A stretch of DNA of 64,000 nucleotides from the human T2T-CHM13v2.0 reference genome, Homo sapiens: NCBI RefSeq assembly GCF_009914755.1, contig NC_060926.1. The stretch is one strand, 5' to 3'. Below the pieces are notes generated by a model. The model was not told the origin of the DNA. It saw only the letters and a list, made by a program, of their open reading frames with translations, and ran no database searches. This document shows, in pieces, positions 1 through 14,513 of the stretch (position 1 is the first letter of the stretch; the number at the start of each line of letters is the position of its first letter). Made by a program: the position numbers and the translations under genes.

Positions 1-240
1 CCCAAGAGCGTTCACTAATAGATGGCCTGAATGCTAATTTTCTTCTCAGAGGTTGCTTCCCAGGGAACCCAAGCTGGAAAAGTACACTTTAGTAATTGAG
101 ATGCGTTCTATAATTGTATTTTTCTTCAGTACTGATCCCAATGCACCTTTGCGAGCCATTCAGATTAAATACTCTTGCCCCTTTAGCACATTTTTTGGTG
201 ATAAATCAAACAAAAAGCCACTGAGTTTTCTCCCCCATAA

Positions 241-443
241 GCAGTGGAATATGATTGCAAAGTCTCTGGAGTTGGTGCCCTGGTGGTCAAGCATTTCAGT
301 TCTACTTCTAATTTTCTCCTCCAAGCTATGATTTTCTTAGCTGTCAAGTAGAGATAAGAATAGTGCCTACTTCATAGAATTTGGGGGGTGATTAAATGAG
401 ATAGAGTACAGAGTACAGTGGAAAGTTTCAGTAAATGTTTGCT
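241..443 (+). mobile_element. MIR SINE (degraded)
   Basis: MIR core-like 'ctgtcaagtagagataagaatagtgcctacttcatag...gattaaatgagata' and 3' 'tcagtaaatgtttgct'. Confidence 0.7.
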
Positions 444-469
444 CTATTTTCTTATGTATCTTTTGCTTA

Positions 470-1499
470 TTACAGAAGAGCTGATTCAAACATTCTGCAC
501 ATCACTAGTGTCAAGTAATTATAAAGCAAAATATCTGCTACCATGCCGTTGACATCCAACAGTGTCTTTTCATAAAAGGATTTTTCCAGAAGCTCATAAT
601 ACTTTCTCTCCAAGCATAATATTGTCATTAAATTTTATATGCTTGTCAGTATACTGTGACTGGAACAAGATTTTTGTTTTTTTGTTTTGCTTTTTTTTCT
701 ATAAGGAAAGCAATTCTGGATGGTCTTTTCTCAGCCTTCAAAAAGAAAATGTATCCATTGAATGCTGGAAAGCATCATTTTATTGTTGTTCTAAAAAATA
801 TTGATAAACTTCCTAGTGTGGTGAGTATACTTTAAAATGATTTGAAAATTGGCGGCTCCGTACTGCTATCTAACAAAGTTTCATATCCAATGAAATACTG
901 AAATCTTAAGAAAAAACAAAAGCTTGGTTCAACAAAATCAGATTTTTAGACATCCATTGTTCTTATTTGCACTTTTCTTTTTTAGCTTGTGAAAATTCAT
1001 CACATTTAGAAACTCAGTTATCTCAGCACATGCAGAATCACATTCCATATTCACATCCAAGCCCTGTTCACTATTTATATTTACAATGTTGTTCGAAGTT
1101 GTGGTATTTGCTTTACTATTTTCATCACTACTTTCATGCTTCAGTTAACAACTTTTGAGCTACTGATTCATTTCTGTGAATCGAGAATATAACACCTTAG
1201 AAAAGTAACAATGAAATGTGAAAAGTAACAAATGTAAATAATAATATGCAAATGAGGCAATAATGAGTTAGTCAAGATAAATCTGTTCCCTGAATGAACC
1301 TGCAGGGAGAGTCATGGCGGTCCCTGTAGAATAAGTAGATTCTTTCAGAATATAATCGTTAATCATTTCTTTCAAATTCAGTAATGTATGTGAATAAATC
1401 GTGTCTTTGCATTTCCTCTGAAACCATCAAACTGCTTGCAGACCATGTGAAGGGTTGCTAGACCCACAGAGACCAACTAACCACACTCAGATACATTTG
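470..1499 (-). mobile_element. hAT-Charlie/Buster DNA transposon fossil with decayed transposase N-terminal half
   Basis: Minus-strand translation gives, in order, ETLLDSSTEPP, IMLGEKVL, KILL*KDTVG and YFAL*LLDTSDV, matching Charlie/ZBED5-type motifs (LSN..MKP, MLGE, IPLS.DTV, FALQLDESTDV). Confidence 0.7.
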
Positions 1500-2878
1500 T
1501 TCTACCTACTGTTGCTTCTGTGTGGCTCCCCAGGCAAAGACACAGGTATCCATCTTGCCCAAAACCAGTTTTTCCAGCAGCGGATCCAACCTGTTCTTTT
1601 GAGCTGTGGTTAAGACTCAAAGTTCAGTCGAATTTGGTTACTCGCCTTAGAAATATTCAGTTCTACACAAGACAGATTATAAGGCATCCACCACTATTTG
1701 CATCAGTTAGTTGGGCTTATTAAGTGGGTCAAGGACTTTTTCTTATATTCTTGGGCTGCTCACAGAATAGATGTCTTGAGAATTAGCATAAAATTTAGCT
1801 AACCATGAAGGGAATTGTCTGAAATTAGGGTTGCCTGGGCTAATACCTAGTACACACCAGGGATTCTAAATTCTAACCCCAATTCTGCAAATCACTCATG
1901 GGGGGGGGTTTTAACTAATGATTTAGTCTCTTGTAACTGTCACTTCTTTTGAGCAAAGGAATAGATGTAGCTTTCTGGTGAAAAGGCAGACGTCAAAAAT
2001 GAAAATAGAACAGACACACAGAAAAGGCTTCCCATGAAACTAAGATCCCATGAATGCACAAATAGATTGATTTATTATTACTTTTAATTTTAAAAATAAT
2101 AGCTCACATTCATGGCTATTGGGATGAAAGTTAATGCCTTCAGTGACATCATGGTTTCTGTCTTCCCCTTCCCCCCTCATTTGCTTCTTATTCCCACGCC
2201 TGGAGGGAAGGGGAAGTTTTAACATCCAAGTTGTACGTCATGAGGAGATAGGGCTGGTGAGAGATGGATTGTCATTGTTATGGATGTCCAGGAGCCACTG
2301 ATGTTGCTCGCTCCACATTAAAATGGGGGTATACAGAAAAATGTTGTCTCTGGATTTAACCCTGTGGGATCTTGGAAGGTTGGATCAAGGATACTGGTTG
2401 GGGTGGGGATAGGAGATAAAAGCGGAAGTAGGAGTGAGACCAAGGCAGAGGGGACTTCAAGTTTTCCTTGCATAAAGGCCAACTCTGTTTGGAGCAAAGG
2501 GAGACCAAGTTGGGATGGGAGAGGTGCAATATTGGACATCCCTTTGTGTTCTGTGTTCACAATCAGCTGCAAAAGGTGCCAGGTGGTACCCAGTGATTGA
2601 GGGCAGGGTTCCATTGATTAAGATGCACCGTATCTTTTAGAAAGTACCACTTGAGGAGAGCTGATCTCCTAGTTTCCTGGCCCGCCTCAGCAGCACCTGT
2701 GCTCTGTTCCCAACACAGGAGCAGAGGAAGCTGTGCCTGACTGGGACAGTTCTTCAGTCTCAGGGCTCACAGTTCAGAGCCCATGTTTACCAAAGAAATG
2801 TTCACCTAGGCCTTTAAGGCACTTTTTTAAAAAAAATTGAGAGTTTCTTTATAAATACTGGAGACATTAGGAGGGGAT

Positions 2879-2914
2879 ATTATTTCTTATTCTATGCATA
2901 GAATAAGAAATAAT
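2879..2914. repeat. Perfect 36-bp palindrome
   Basis: attatttcttattctatg|catagaataagaaataat, 18-bp arms, no spacer. Confidence 0.95.
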
Positions 2915-5315
2915 TATTATATTCTATACCTAGAATAGAATAAGAAATAAAGTCTCCTAGCAGAGTAAGCACTTGAAGCACATAATACAACTACACAGTG
3001 TTTAAACATCTTTATTTTAGAGGCAGAAAAAATATCATTATTTCTTTGGCATGAGCTTGAAAGGAGAATTTTTTTTCACCTATATAAACTTATCCTTTGA
3101 GCCTCGATTTATAAATTTGGAATAGGAATAACTATCTCTCTGTCACATAAACTAGAACATTTTTAAGGTGAGGAATAGACAAAATAAAAGAGAAAATGAC
3201 TTGTATCTCTATTTGTGTGGGTGTTTTTAAAAAACAGTCATCACTTTGGTATGGAAGTGTCATTATATTTGTGCAGGATGACAAATTTCATATTATCTTT
3301 TTTATCTCGTCATATATTCACATGGTGTTAACAAGTCATTGCTACTCTGGCTTGATAAAGACAGCCACAAAACTTCAAAACAATCCTAAAAATCAAGCAA
3401 CCATGGTGTTGCAATATTTATATCCCTGACAGGCGCCCTGCTGCTTGGAGTGAGATCTCTTACTTCTGTTCTCTATGCCTCTGGCTGCACCTGGTGCAAA
3501 TAGCACACGTTCTCAGCTACCAGGTCATGCTTTCCAGGGCAGATGCAAATCACACCAGATTGGTAGCAGTGGGACCCCTGCCTACTTCATCCACACATTC
3601 TTTTTGTTTCATTGTGCATGGAAGAAATTATCAAATGCCAAATAGTTTCAGAAATGCCAGGGTAGAACGAAGAGCAATGGGGCCAGGGGATGAAAGCTTC
3701 AACATGGGAATTCAAAAATATCAGGTTGAGGGCAGGGCATGCTCCTGCTGATGCTGACTGCTCTGTGTGTGGACGCACGCGTGTGTGTGAATGAAAGAGG
3801 AAAGAAAGGGTGTTGGTGGAAACTGACAAGCAACAGGAAAACTGTTGTCAGAAACAGAAGTAAGATCTGATCTAATTAGAAAGGGTGCAAGATCAACCAG
3901 AAGGAATCTATTAACTGGCCACTAGACTCAACAAGAATCAAGGAGAAAAGGCTTAAATATAGGAAAAAGTTCCAGGCTGACAGAAAATGTCCAAAGACAG
4001 CAAGAAATTCAGAGAGATGTTTACACGGAGACTGGGGGAGCATGGTCAGCGGAAAGGCAGAATACTACTTAAAGGATAATACAGGCTGAACCAAGAAAAA
4101 ATGCTGGAGAACTCAAAAAGAAAGAAATTTATTTTGTTTCTCACCAGAGAATGAAGTGCCCACCCAAGAGAGTTGGGGGAAAACAAGGACTGGAAGAAAG
4201 ACATGAGGTTCTGGAAACGTCTCTCTACCTGGCTTGGGAGCACAGCTAGGAAAAAAGAAGGCAGGAAGTGAAACATTGAAAATTGAGGTGAATTGAATGA
4301 ATGAATGTCACTCATACTTAAATACATACTTACCAACATATGGGATATCAAACTCTATGTGGAAAATATGGTTTTTTTTTTTTTTTTTTTACCACTAAGC
4401 TCTCTTTAACTATGTGTGTTATTCTGAAAACCTGCTAGGTGTAGGAAGCCAGATGAAAGTAAAAGAGAAGAGACGAAGTCAATTCTCACTCCAAATTTTT
4501 GTAATTCTGCAAAAGTGTTTCCAAGATCTGGTTATTGAAGGACTCCTCAAGAGGTGGCTATGGAAAATATCTAGTAGCAGAAAGCCAGAGAGCTTTCTTT
4601 GTGAAGTGTGCAGGGCCTGTTTTACCACCGTCCCACCTCTGTGGCTCCATAAGTAGAATGTATTTTTTTTCCACTATGGCAGCTTTGGAAGCCTCAAGCA
4701 ACTCTAAGCCCAAACCAAGTCTAATGGATGTGGGATATTAAAAGCAGGATAAGAAAAAGAAGTGGTGTATTTTTATCCAAACCACAGATGCCTCACCATC
4801 TCCTGCAATTCATTGGTAAATAAAGCCACAGTGCTGTTTAATATTCTGGGGATTATAGGCCTGTTATTTGATACTCATGACCCAGTTGCTCTGGTATGTC
4901 ATCCATTTAAACACTACAGGTTTATTTTGCACCATCTTGTAGGTGGGCTGGAGCCATTTGGGTCTGAAGTCTTGGCCATCTTTCAAGTCGCAGCCTGCAT
5001 TTTCAGTGCCCAAAATGTTTCATATTCTATCCTACAGTTAAGTCAATAAAGATGAAAATCATATGACCAGTCATTCTCACTGTCCAATTACTTAACCTAA
5101 TTTATCTTCTTTAAATTTCATTCAATAACTTGAACCCTAGCTCTTCTCACCCTCTGCCCATCCCAACCCCCACTCAGTGTTTGCACAGTTAATCAGTTAG
5201 ATAGATGGAGAATTTAAGAACCAGCTCAAAACTGTTTTTTTTTTTTTAATTTTGGCAATCAGTTTTATTTGGGATAAACCTATGTATGAAATCTTAAAAA
5301 TCTTAATGTAGCTGA

Positions 5316-5711
<396 letters not shown>

Positions 5712-6479
5712 TAAGGGAACATCAATTGAACATTCACTGAAATATTATTTTCATTTGGAGTTTTCTAATATTATTTCTCCATCCACGTTCTTCATGGATC
5801 ATCTTTATGTCATCTGTCAGAAAAAAAACCAAGGGGTCAGTGCTTGGTGGCTCCTACAGAGTCTAGATGCTGCCAGGACAGAGCTTGTTTCTCAGTTCAC
5901 CAACTTTCTTTCTCCCCAGCTCTTTCCTGAAAAACCTTACACTTGAGGACTTTTATTTTAAAGGAAAACCATCTAGCTCTGCAAACACTTGAGCATCAGT
6001 TTTGATAGCACCGTGGGAGCTCATTGAAGGAATATGTTATAAAGCAGAAGACATATATCCTTTTTTGTGTTGAGTATAATGAGATATGCTGATTAATCTA
6101 ACTCACTGAGGCAAGTCACTACATAGTTTTAAAAGGTCTACTGTTCAATGCCCTGTAATTAAATTAAAGTTAAAATACTGTAATTATTTAAAACCAGGAT
6201 GCCATTTTTTTCCTGACTTTGTGAACTTATAGGCTCAAATGAATGCAGAGATAAAATAGCATAACACAAGTTGGCTATATTTAATCTTGTCTATCTTGTG
6301 TTTGGAATTAAATTACTTAGGAGTTCAGAGGTTAATAAGAAACACAAGAATTATCCTCTATATAATAGCTTTATATTGCTGAGTTTAAACATAAATGGAG
6401 AGGATTATTTTGATTATTTACATGCAAGCACACAAGCTTAACTGCACACACATGTCACACTCCAGTAGTCTCCTCACCT

Positions 6480-6587
6480 TTGCTGAGGGCCTTTTATGTG
6501 ACAGGAACTGTATTTTACAGACACTCTCTCCTGTAATCCACAGAGCCACCCTGTCAGACAGTTATCATTAGGTTCACTTTAGAGATG
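6480..6587 (-). mobile_element. MIR fragment
   Basis: 'tgagggccttttatgtgacaggaactg...caccctgtcagacagttatcattagg...tttagagatg'. Confidence 0.55.
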
Positions 6588-6589
6588 CT

Positions 6590-7850
6590 ATCATCTCAAC
6601 TTGGGTATTTCAAAAGCAATTCAAACTCTAGCACGAACAAATAGATCTCTTTATGCTCTTGCCCTATCATTACTCCCATTTCCACCCCAGTCTAGGCTTT
6701 CCCATTGTTTTCCACTTTGATCAATGGCCTCACTCTTTGTTCAGCCACAGAAGCCAAAACAAAAACAAAACAAAAACCTGAGGGTTATCCTTGACTTTTT
6801 CTTCTCCTTTACTTCCATGTGCAATCACTATTCAGTCTTATAAATTTTTGTCTCCTACATATCTGTCAAGCCTGCCCTTCATTGTGTCAGTCACATTACA
6901 AAACTAGATCAAACTGCCATTGTACTTTATCTGGATCATGGCGATATTCTACAACTCATCTTCCAGCATTCATTCCTCTCCATTTGAAGTTCTTAAGGCA
7001 AATTTCATCATGCTACTTCCCTGCTTAAAACACCTCTATGGCTTTCCATAACTCTATGAAAAAAAAATTTAATACAGCCCACCAACCCAACCTGATTTTG
7101 CCTGCTCTGCCTCTTCAAGCTCAAATTGCATCCTCTCTACCTCCTTCCAAGTCTTCTAGCTATGATGACTTCCTTCCTTTCTTTTTTTTTTTTTTTTTTT
7201 TGTGAGACTGTCACCCAGGCTGAATGGAGTGGTGCAATTACAGGTCACTGTAGCCACAATCTCCCGGGTTCAAGCTATCCTCCCACCTCAGCCTCCTGAG
7301 TAGCTGGGAGTGCAGTTTCACACCACCACGTCTGGTAAATTTTTGATTTGTTGTAGAAACAGAGTCTCACTATGATGCCAGGATGGCCTCAAACTCCTAG
7401 ACACAAGCAATCCTCCTGCCTTAGCCTCCCAAAGTGCTAAGATCACAGGGATGAGCCACCGTGCCTAGATTACCTTCTGCTTCTTAAACAAATGTTTCAT
7501 GCTCTGACCTGCCTCAGGACCTTTGAACATGGTGTTACGTGTGGTTGACTACTATTTCCCCATCCTCTTTGCTTAGTTAATGCCTACAAATAATATTTTG
7601 CTTTTATTGTCACCTCTTCTGGAAAGTTTTCCTTGATCCCATCCTAGGAAATGTCCTTTGTTATATGTTCTCATAGCACCCTATCTCTTTTCTACGTAGC
7701 ACTTAGCATAGGACATGAATATACATTTATATGTGTGGTTATGTTTTTATTACTTGTCATTTCCATTTGACTACAATTTTTTTGAGGTTAGGAACCTTGT
7801 CTTTTTGCATTCCATGTAACCCCAGTGCTCAGCAAAATTCCATATTTAGC
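6590..7850 (+). mobile_element. L2 LINE 3' region, interrupted by AluJ
   Basis: L2 motifs 'aaaacctgagggttatccttgac', 'ctgcttaaaacacctctatggctttcc', 'gcctcaggacctttgaacatg', 'cccagtgctcagca'. Confidence 0.8.
7182..7469 (-). mobile_element. AluJ
   Basis: T tail; J-type 'caagctatcctcccacctcagcc', 'caagcaatcctcctgcc'; heavily diverged. Confidence 0.92.
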
Positions 7851-8689
7851 AAACACTTTGGCCACGTGCTTGATTCTGTTCTTAATCTGACTTTAACTTA
7901 ATAGCTTCTCTAATTACTGAATAAAGAAGGGAACAAATTTCTTTGAAGACAGAATAGAAAAAACCTGTGGAAGCAAATATACAACGTATATTTTTATTTG
8001 AAGTATTTCGATAGAAAAAAGTGTCATTGACGTGTCATAATGCCTAGAATTTCCACAATTTCCTCCTTCGAGTAGAGTCATATTTTCTAGAAACTCAAAT
8101 ATGGCAGAAAATGTGTCACCTTGATTAGAACCATCAGTATACATGAATTCAGCAAGTAGGCAGTAGAAAACACATTCTCAAGAGAACTGGTCAAAAGAGA
8201 GGTAATTTTGATCAAGAAAAAGCATTATAAACTTATTGAAAGTAACAAAGCTTGAGAGAATTCTTGAGTAAGGTGGCGGCATGGAGCAAAATATGCCTAG
8301 AAAGGCAGTCCCTCTTCTCACAAGAGTGTGCTCATAGGTCTATCTGTGGAATGTGTAAAACAATCATCTGTGGTCCCAGCTCTACGATGGGTGCCATTCA
8401 CAAAGACACAGCAGTTCAGCATCCAAAATCATTAAAAAAAATTTAACCTACTTCAATATCTTTTTAAGGCATCAAAGGAAAAGCTGATTTGTAATATAAA
8501 GCAAAACTCCTCTAAAATCCTCATTCCCATCTTCTTCACTCCATTTTACTCACATGCCACAGCTACCCCAATAACTGCAAGCCCCACCTCCACAACTCCA
8601 AGCTCCTTGATGTTCTTATAAACCCCGCTCTTGGAGGCTTTCTTATCACTGATCTTTCTTCTCTATGCCTCTGGATTTTTTCTCATATA

Positions 8690-9090
8690 TTTAATTTCAA
8701 TAGTTTCTGGGCTACTGGTGGTTTTTGATTAAAGTTCTATAGTGGTGAATTCTGAGATTTTCTTGGACCCATCCCCCTTGCAGTGTACACTGTACCCAAT
8801 ATGTAGTCTTCTATCCCTTACCACCCTCCCAATCTTCCCCTTTGAGCCCCCAAAATCCATTATATCATTCTTATCCCTTTGCGTGCTCATAGCTTACCTC
8901 CCATTTATAAGTGAGAACATACAACATTTGGTTTTCCATTCCTGAGTCACTTCACTTAGAAAAATGGCTTCCAGCTCCATCCAAGTTGCCACAAAAGACC
9001 ATTGTCTTTTCATTCCTTTTTATGGCTGAGTAGTATTCTATGGTGTATATGCACCACATTTCCTTTATCCACTCATTGGTTGGTGGTATG
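8690..9090 (-). mobile_element. L1PB-type 3' end fragment
   Basis: 'tagtggtgaattctgagattt', 'gtacactgtacccaatatgtagtc', 'cccatttataagtgagaacat', 'ttcacttagaa'. Confidence 0.88.
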
Positions 9091-12000
9091 CCTCGGTTTT
9101 TTTATGAGTTAGGTCAATTATCTGAGCTCTCTGCCTGTTTTTGCCCAATTGCCAGATCCTCCAAACACCAGGAGTGGACCCATCAGGCAGAAATCTTATT
9201 TCCTTAGAGTAAGGAAACCAGAGAAAACTGAAAATGTTTTCAGTGATTTTTAAAGACATGAGTGAATGTCTTTTAAAATTACTATTTTTTTCCCTTGTTG
9301 AAAATATGCAATTTTTTACTATGGAAAGCAAATAAAACCCTGCTTTGTATTTCAGAATTTATGAGGTAGATTTCACATAGTATCATGTTTTGGAAAGCTA
9401 AGACTTTTTTCCCCTTCTTTGGGCATTGTAAGATTAGGCGTAGGGGTAGATAGTGCAGATTTTCTGGTTTCCTTTAAGCATACACTCTTTGGATGAAATG
9501 CGTCTGATTAGGGCATTATATTGGAGAGTCAGAAAGGAACAGGAGATATTAGACACCAAGACAAGAAGTCTGAGCAGATGGCAAAAGAGAGGAGAATGTG
9601 GATAGAGAGATTAACACTAAGGATAACCCATCCAAGTTGCCATTTTGCTTCAGCTAGGCTCTGGCATGGAGGTATCAGAGAAGTAACTCTATGAGCCATC
9701 AATAATACAGCCCAGGGAAAATTGCCTTGAGATAATTAACCCAAAATTGAGTCTCCAAATTGTTTATTGCCATCCACGCACACAAATAAGCCAAAGACCA
9801 CATATCTTCAGAAATGAGAGATGGCCCCTTGTTGAAATCTCTAATGCTCTGCTTGTTGCAAACTCAAGTTAGCACTGGACTCTGAAGTGAAACACTCCAA
9901 GTAATGTAGTTCAAAGTGTGGCATGCTTTCCGCAGTGAAGCACATTTAACGATTTTCTCATTTGATACCTAATGAGATTTTTCAAACTAATTGTGGGCTT
10001 ACTATAACTTTTTGAAGGAAGACAGGAACAACATTAAGAAAACAAACTATTGCAATGATCCCATGCTGGGGAGAGTTGCATAAGAGACTTTTGGTCCCAG
10101 AATTCTGGTCTTAAGTGATATGGTAACCAAAGTATGCTTCATCAAATTAATCAAGAAAGAGTTTTTAATGCAGATATGTTAGATCATAACAGAGTTTGAA
10201 ATCTCTAAAAGCCTTACAGATAGACCAGGTCATTACAAAGACTAGTCAACTGCAAACCATCATTGGTTACATTTTAATTTAAATTTCCAGCAAAATTTCT
10301 ATGAAAATGCATACAAGGTGGTTTCCATTAGAGTCATGAAGTTTCATTACCTGGAAAACCTATGAAATATATTCTAGCAATTCTTTAGTTTACTTACAAG
10401 CTCTTCTACCATGTACATCACCATAAAGATTTTTGACATGATGCTTTCCTAGTACAATATATTTGGAATAAATAACTTATATATTCTCACTCCCCTCTAA
10501 ATCCTCACGTTGAAAGATAAAATGATACTATTTAATTTTCAGGCTTATTTTTTGAATTATTTTTCAAAGAAAAAGTAAGAGAAAATAGAAAAATGAAGGG
10601 AAGGAAATCTGCTAAAAGCCTGAGATTAAATGTAACAGCCACTGAGAGGCCATTGCCACATACCTATATAACTTAGTTGGGAGACTGCACGTAGATGATT
10701 CCACAATCAATTGTTTTTATTCTTTAATAGAATGCATATGCTAAAAGATAAACTGTTTGGGTTCAAAGGACAGTGAATTCATTAAAAGAAGTTCCTAATA
10801 AAAGTGATTCAATCTTTGTATTTAGCTTTTAATACAAAAAAATTAATTAACATTTGCATTATGAGACCTGACCTCCCCAGTGAGATATAATCAATTCTCC
10901 CAATACAAGATGGATTCTGCAGAGGACATAATTTCTAATTGTAGTGCTAATCAATCATGTCAGTAGTACAGGGGAACTGTAAATGATGCGCACAACTATT
11001 AAACTCTAGGCTCTTTTAAAGCCAGTTGTCAACACCACAGTATATAAATATGTGCTTACAGTGGGGACCATTTAATTATAATATTGATTACATTATTGCA
11101 GTTCCTGGCATAATACATGATGATGGTGTGCTATCTGGAAGGAATGCAAGACAACTGAAAACGTATCTGTAGTTTTGCAAATGTAATTTCACAAGGAAAT
11201 TGTGTTAATTATGGTAGCATGATGCATATATCTACTGCAAAGGCTGCGATACTGAGGAAAAATAAAGAGTTTTGGTTGAATACTATCACTCAAAAAGAAA
11301 GAGTCGAGGTGATTTTAGGTCATTTTTAAACCACTATTTTATTTTTGTTATTTGAAACATTTCCTTTTAAATGGGTTCCTGATTTTTTTTAATTGAGGTA
11401 AAAATTTATATTGCATAAAATTCAGTATTTTAACCATTTAAAGTGTACAATTCAGTGTCTTCCAGTACATTTACAACATTGCACAACCATCACCACTACC
11501 TAATTTCAAAATATCTTCATCACCCCAAAAACTCTATACTCATTAAGTTCTCACTCCTCATAAATAGAATCACACAATATGTGGCTCTTTGTGTCTCACT
11601 TCTTTCCTTTTGTTTTCAAGATCTGTCTATATTGTAGCATGTATCAGTACTTTATTTTTTGACAGTAATATTCCATTTTATGGATGTAGCTCATTTGTTT
11701 ATTCTTCATCTGATAATCATTTGGGTGGTTTCCACTTTTTAGGTATTATGAATAATGTTGCTATGAATATGAACATTCTGCACAAGCTTTTGTTTGAACA
11801 CCTGTTTTCAATTCTCTTTAGTGTATACCTAAGAGCAGAATTACTGTTTAATATTTGAGGAATATTTGAGGAACCACCAAACTGTTTTCCACAGTGGCAG
11901 CTTCATTATGCATTCCTACCAACCATGTATGAAGGCTTCAGTTTCACTGCATCCTTATCAAAACTTGCTATTTTTCGTTGTTCAAAATCATTATTACTGT

Positions 12001-13820
12001 AGCCTTCCTAGTGGCTATGAAGTAGTATCTAATTGTGGTTTTGATTTACATTTCCCTAGTGACTAGTGGTGTTTAGCATAATGTTATGTGATTATTGGCC
12101 ATTTGTATATCCTCTTGGAAGACATATCTATTAAAGTCCCTTACCTATTTTTAATTGAGATTTTTTGGTATTTTTGTTGTTTAGTTATTCAAGTGCTTTA
12201 TATGTTCTATATACAAGACTCAATAGATTTATAGTTTGCAAATATTTTCTCCCCGCCCTGTGGTCTGGCTTTTTTTTTACTTTCTTGACAATGTCCTTTG
12301 ATGCATAAAAGGTTTAAATTTGGATGAAGTCCAATTTATCTATTTTTTATTTTGTTGCTTGTCATATATGTAACAAACCATTGCCAAACTCAAAGTCATA
12401 AACATTTACATCTATGCTTTTTTCTAAGAGTTTTATACTTTTACATTTAGATCTTTGATTCATTTTGAAAAAAATTTTGTATGTGGTATGAGGTAAGGGT
12501 CTAGTGTCATTCTTTTGCCTGTGGTTATTCAGTCATCCCAGCAAATTTTGTTGAAGAGATTATTCTTTCCACACTGAATGGTCTTGGTACACCCTTGTCA
12601 AAAATGATTTTACCATAAATGTACAGGTTTATCCCTGAACTCTAAATTTCATTTCATTGATCTATATGTCTACCCTTATATCAGTTCCACATTGTTTTGA
12701 TTACTGTACATTTGTAATAAGTTTTGAATTCAATAAGTATAAGTCTTCCAAATTTATTCTTCTTTTTCAAGATTGTTTGGCTACTCAGAGTTCCGTAAAA
12801 TGTAATATTAATTTTAGAATCAGCTTTTCCATTTATTCAGAAAAGGAAATTGGGGTTTTGGCAGAGATTGCATCAAATTTGTACATAACTTTGGAAATAT
12901 TGCCATCTTAACAAAATTTCCCAATCCATGGACATGGCATATCTTTTTATATATTTAGATTTCCTTTTATTTCTTTCCATGTTTTTCATTTTCAGAACAT
13001 AAGTCTTACACTGTCTTGGTTAAATTTAATTCCAAGTATTTTATTCATTTTGATGTTATTGTAAATGAAATTATTTTCCTGATTTTTTTTTGTAGTATAA
13101 TTCATTGATAGTGCATAGAAATACAACTGATTTTTGTATGTTAGTCTTGTAGTACCCTGCAAATTTAGTGAATTTTTTTATTAGATCAAATAGGGTTTTT
13201 TTTCACAGATTCGTAGGATTTTCTATCTATCATATTATGTCATTTGCCAATAGAGATACTTTTATTTCTTTTTCTATTTGGATGTATTTTATTTCTTTTT
13301 TTTTTTTGCCTAATGGACCTGGCCGTAACTTTCAATGCAATGTGGAATAGAGTTGGTGAGAGTGAACATCATCATCTTGATTCTGATCTTAAAGGGAAAG
13401 ATTTCAGTCTTTCACTGTTAAGTATGAGATTAGCTGTGTGTTTTTCAGATATGCCTTTTATCAGATTAAAGAAATTCTCTTCTATTCCAAGTTTGTTGAG
13501 TAATCTTATCATAGAAGGTTGTTGGATTTTGTCAAATGCTTTTTCTGCTTGGAATGAAATTTTAATGTGCTTTTTAAAAATCCTTTCTTCTATTACATTA
13601 ATTAATTTTTCTATGTCAAACCACTCTTAGATTCCTGAGATACATAATCACAGGTGTAGTGTATAATATTTTCAATATGTTGCTAAATTCAATTTGCTAA
13701 GATTTTGTTGAAGATTTTTTGCATCTCGTTCATGAGGGATATTAGTCTATAATTTTCTTTCCTTATGAAGTCTTTTTCTGGCTTTGATATCAGGGTAACA
13801 CTAGCCATAAAGAATTAGTT

Positions 13821-14141
<321 letters not shown>

Positions 14142-14150
14142 ATTAGTTAA

Positions 14151-14513
<363 letters not shown>

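Noticed and set aside
2303-2340. Resemblance to the U6 snRNA 5' end (tgctcgct...cacat..taaaat..atacaga)
   Set aside because: Needs two sizeable gaps in under 40 nt, with no TSD or A tail; likely chance. An Rfam/Dfam search would settle it.
7914-8144. 76-aa minus-strand ORF in unique DNA
   Set aside because: No recognisable domain or convincing splice context; length expected by chance
9156-9208. 53-nt plus-strand exon-like segment (ILQTPGVDPSGRNLISL)
   Set aside because: Splice signals plausible, but the peptide is unrecognised and no compatible partner exons were found
11117-11255. C/D box snoRNA (ATGATGA...CTGA)
   Set aside because: No terminal stem and no recognisable rRNA or snRNA guide
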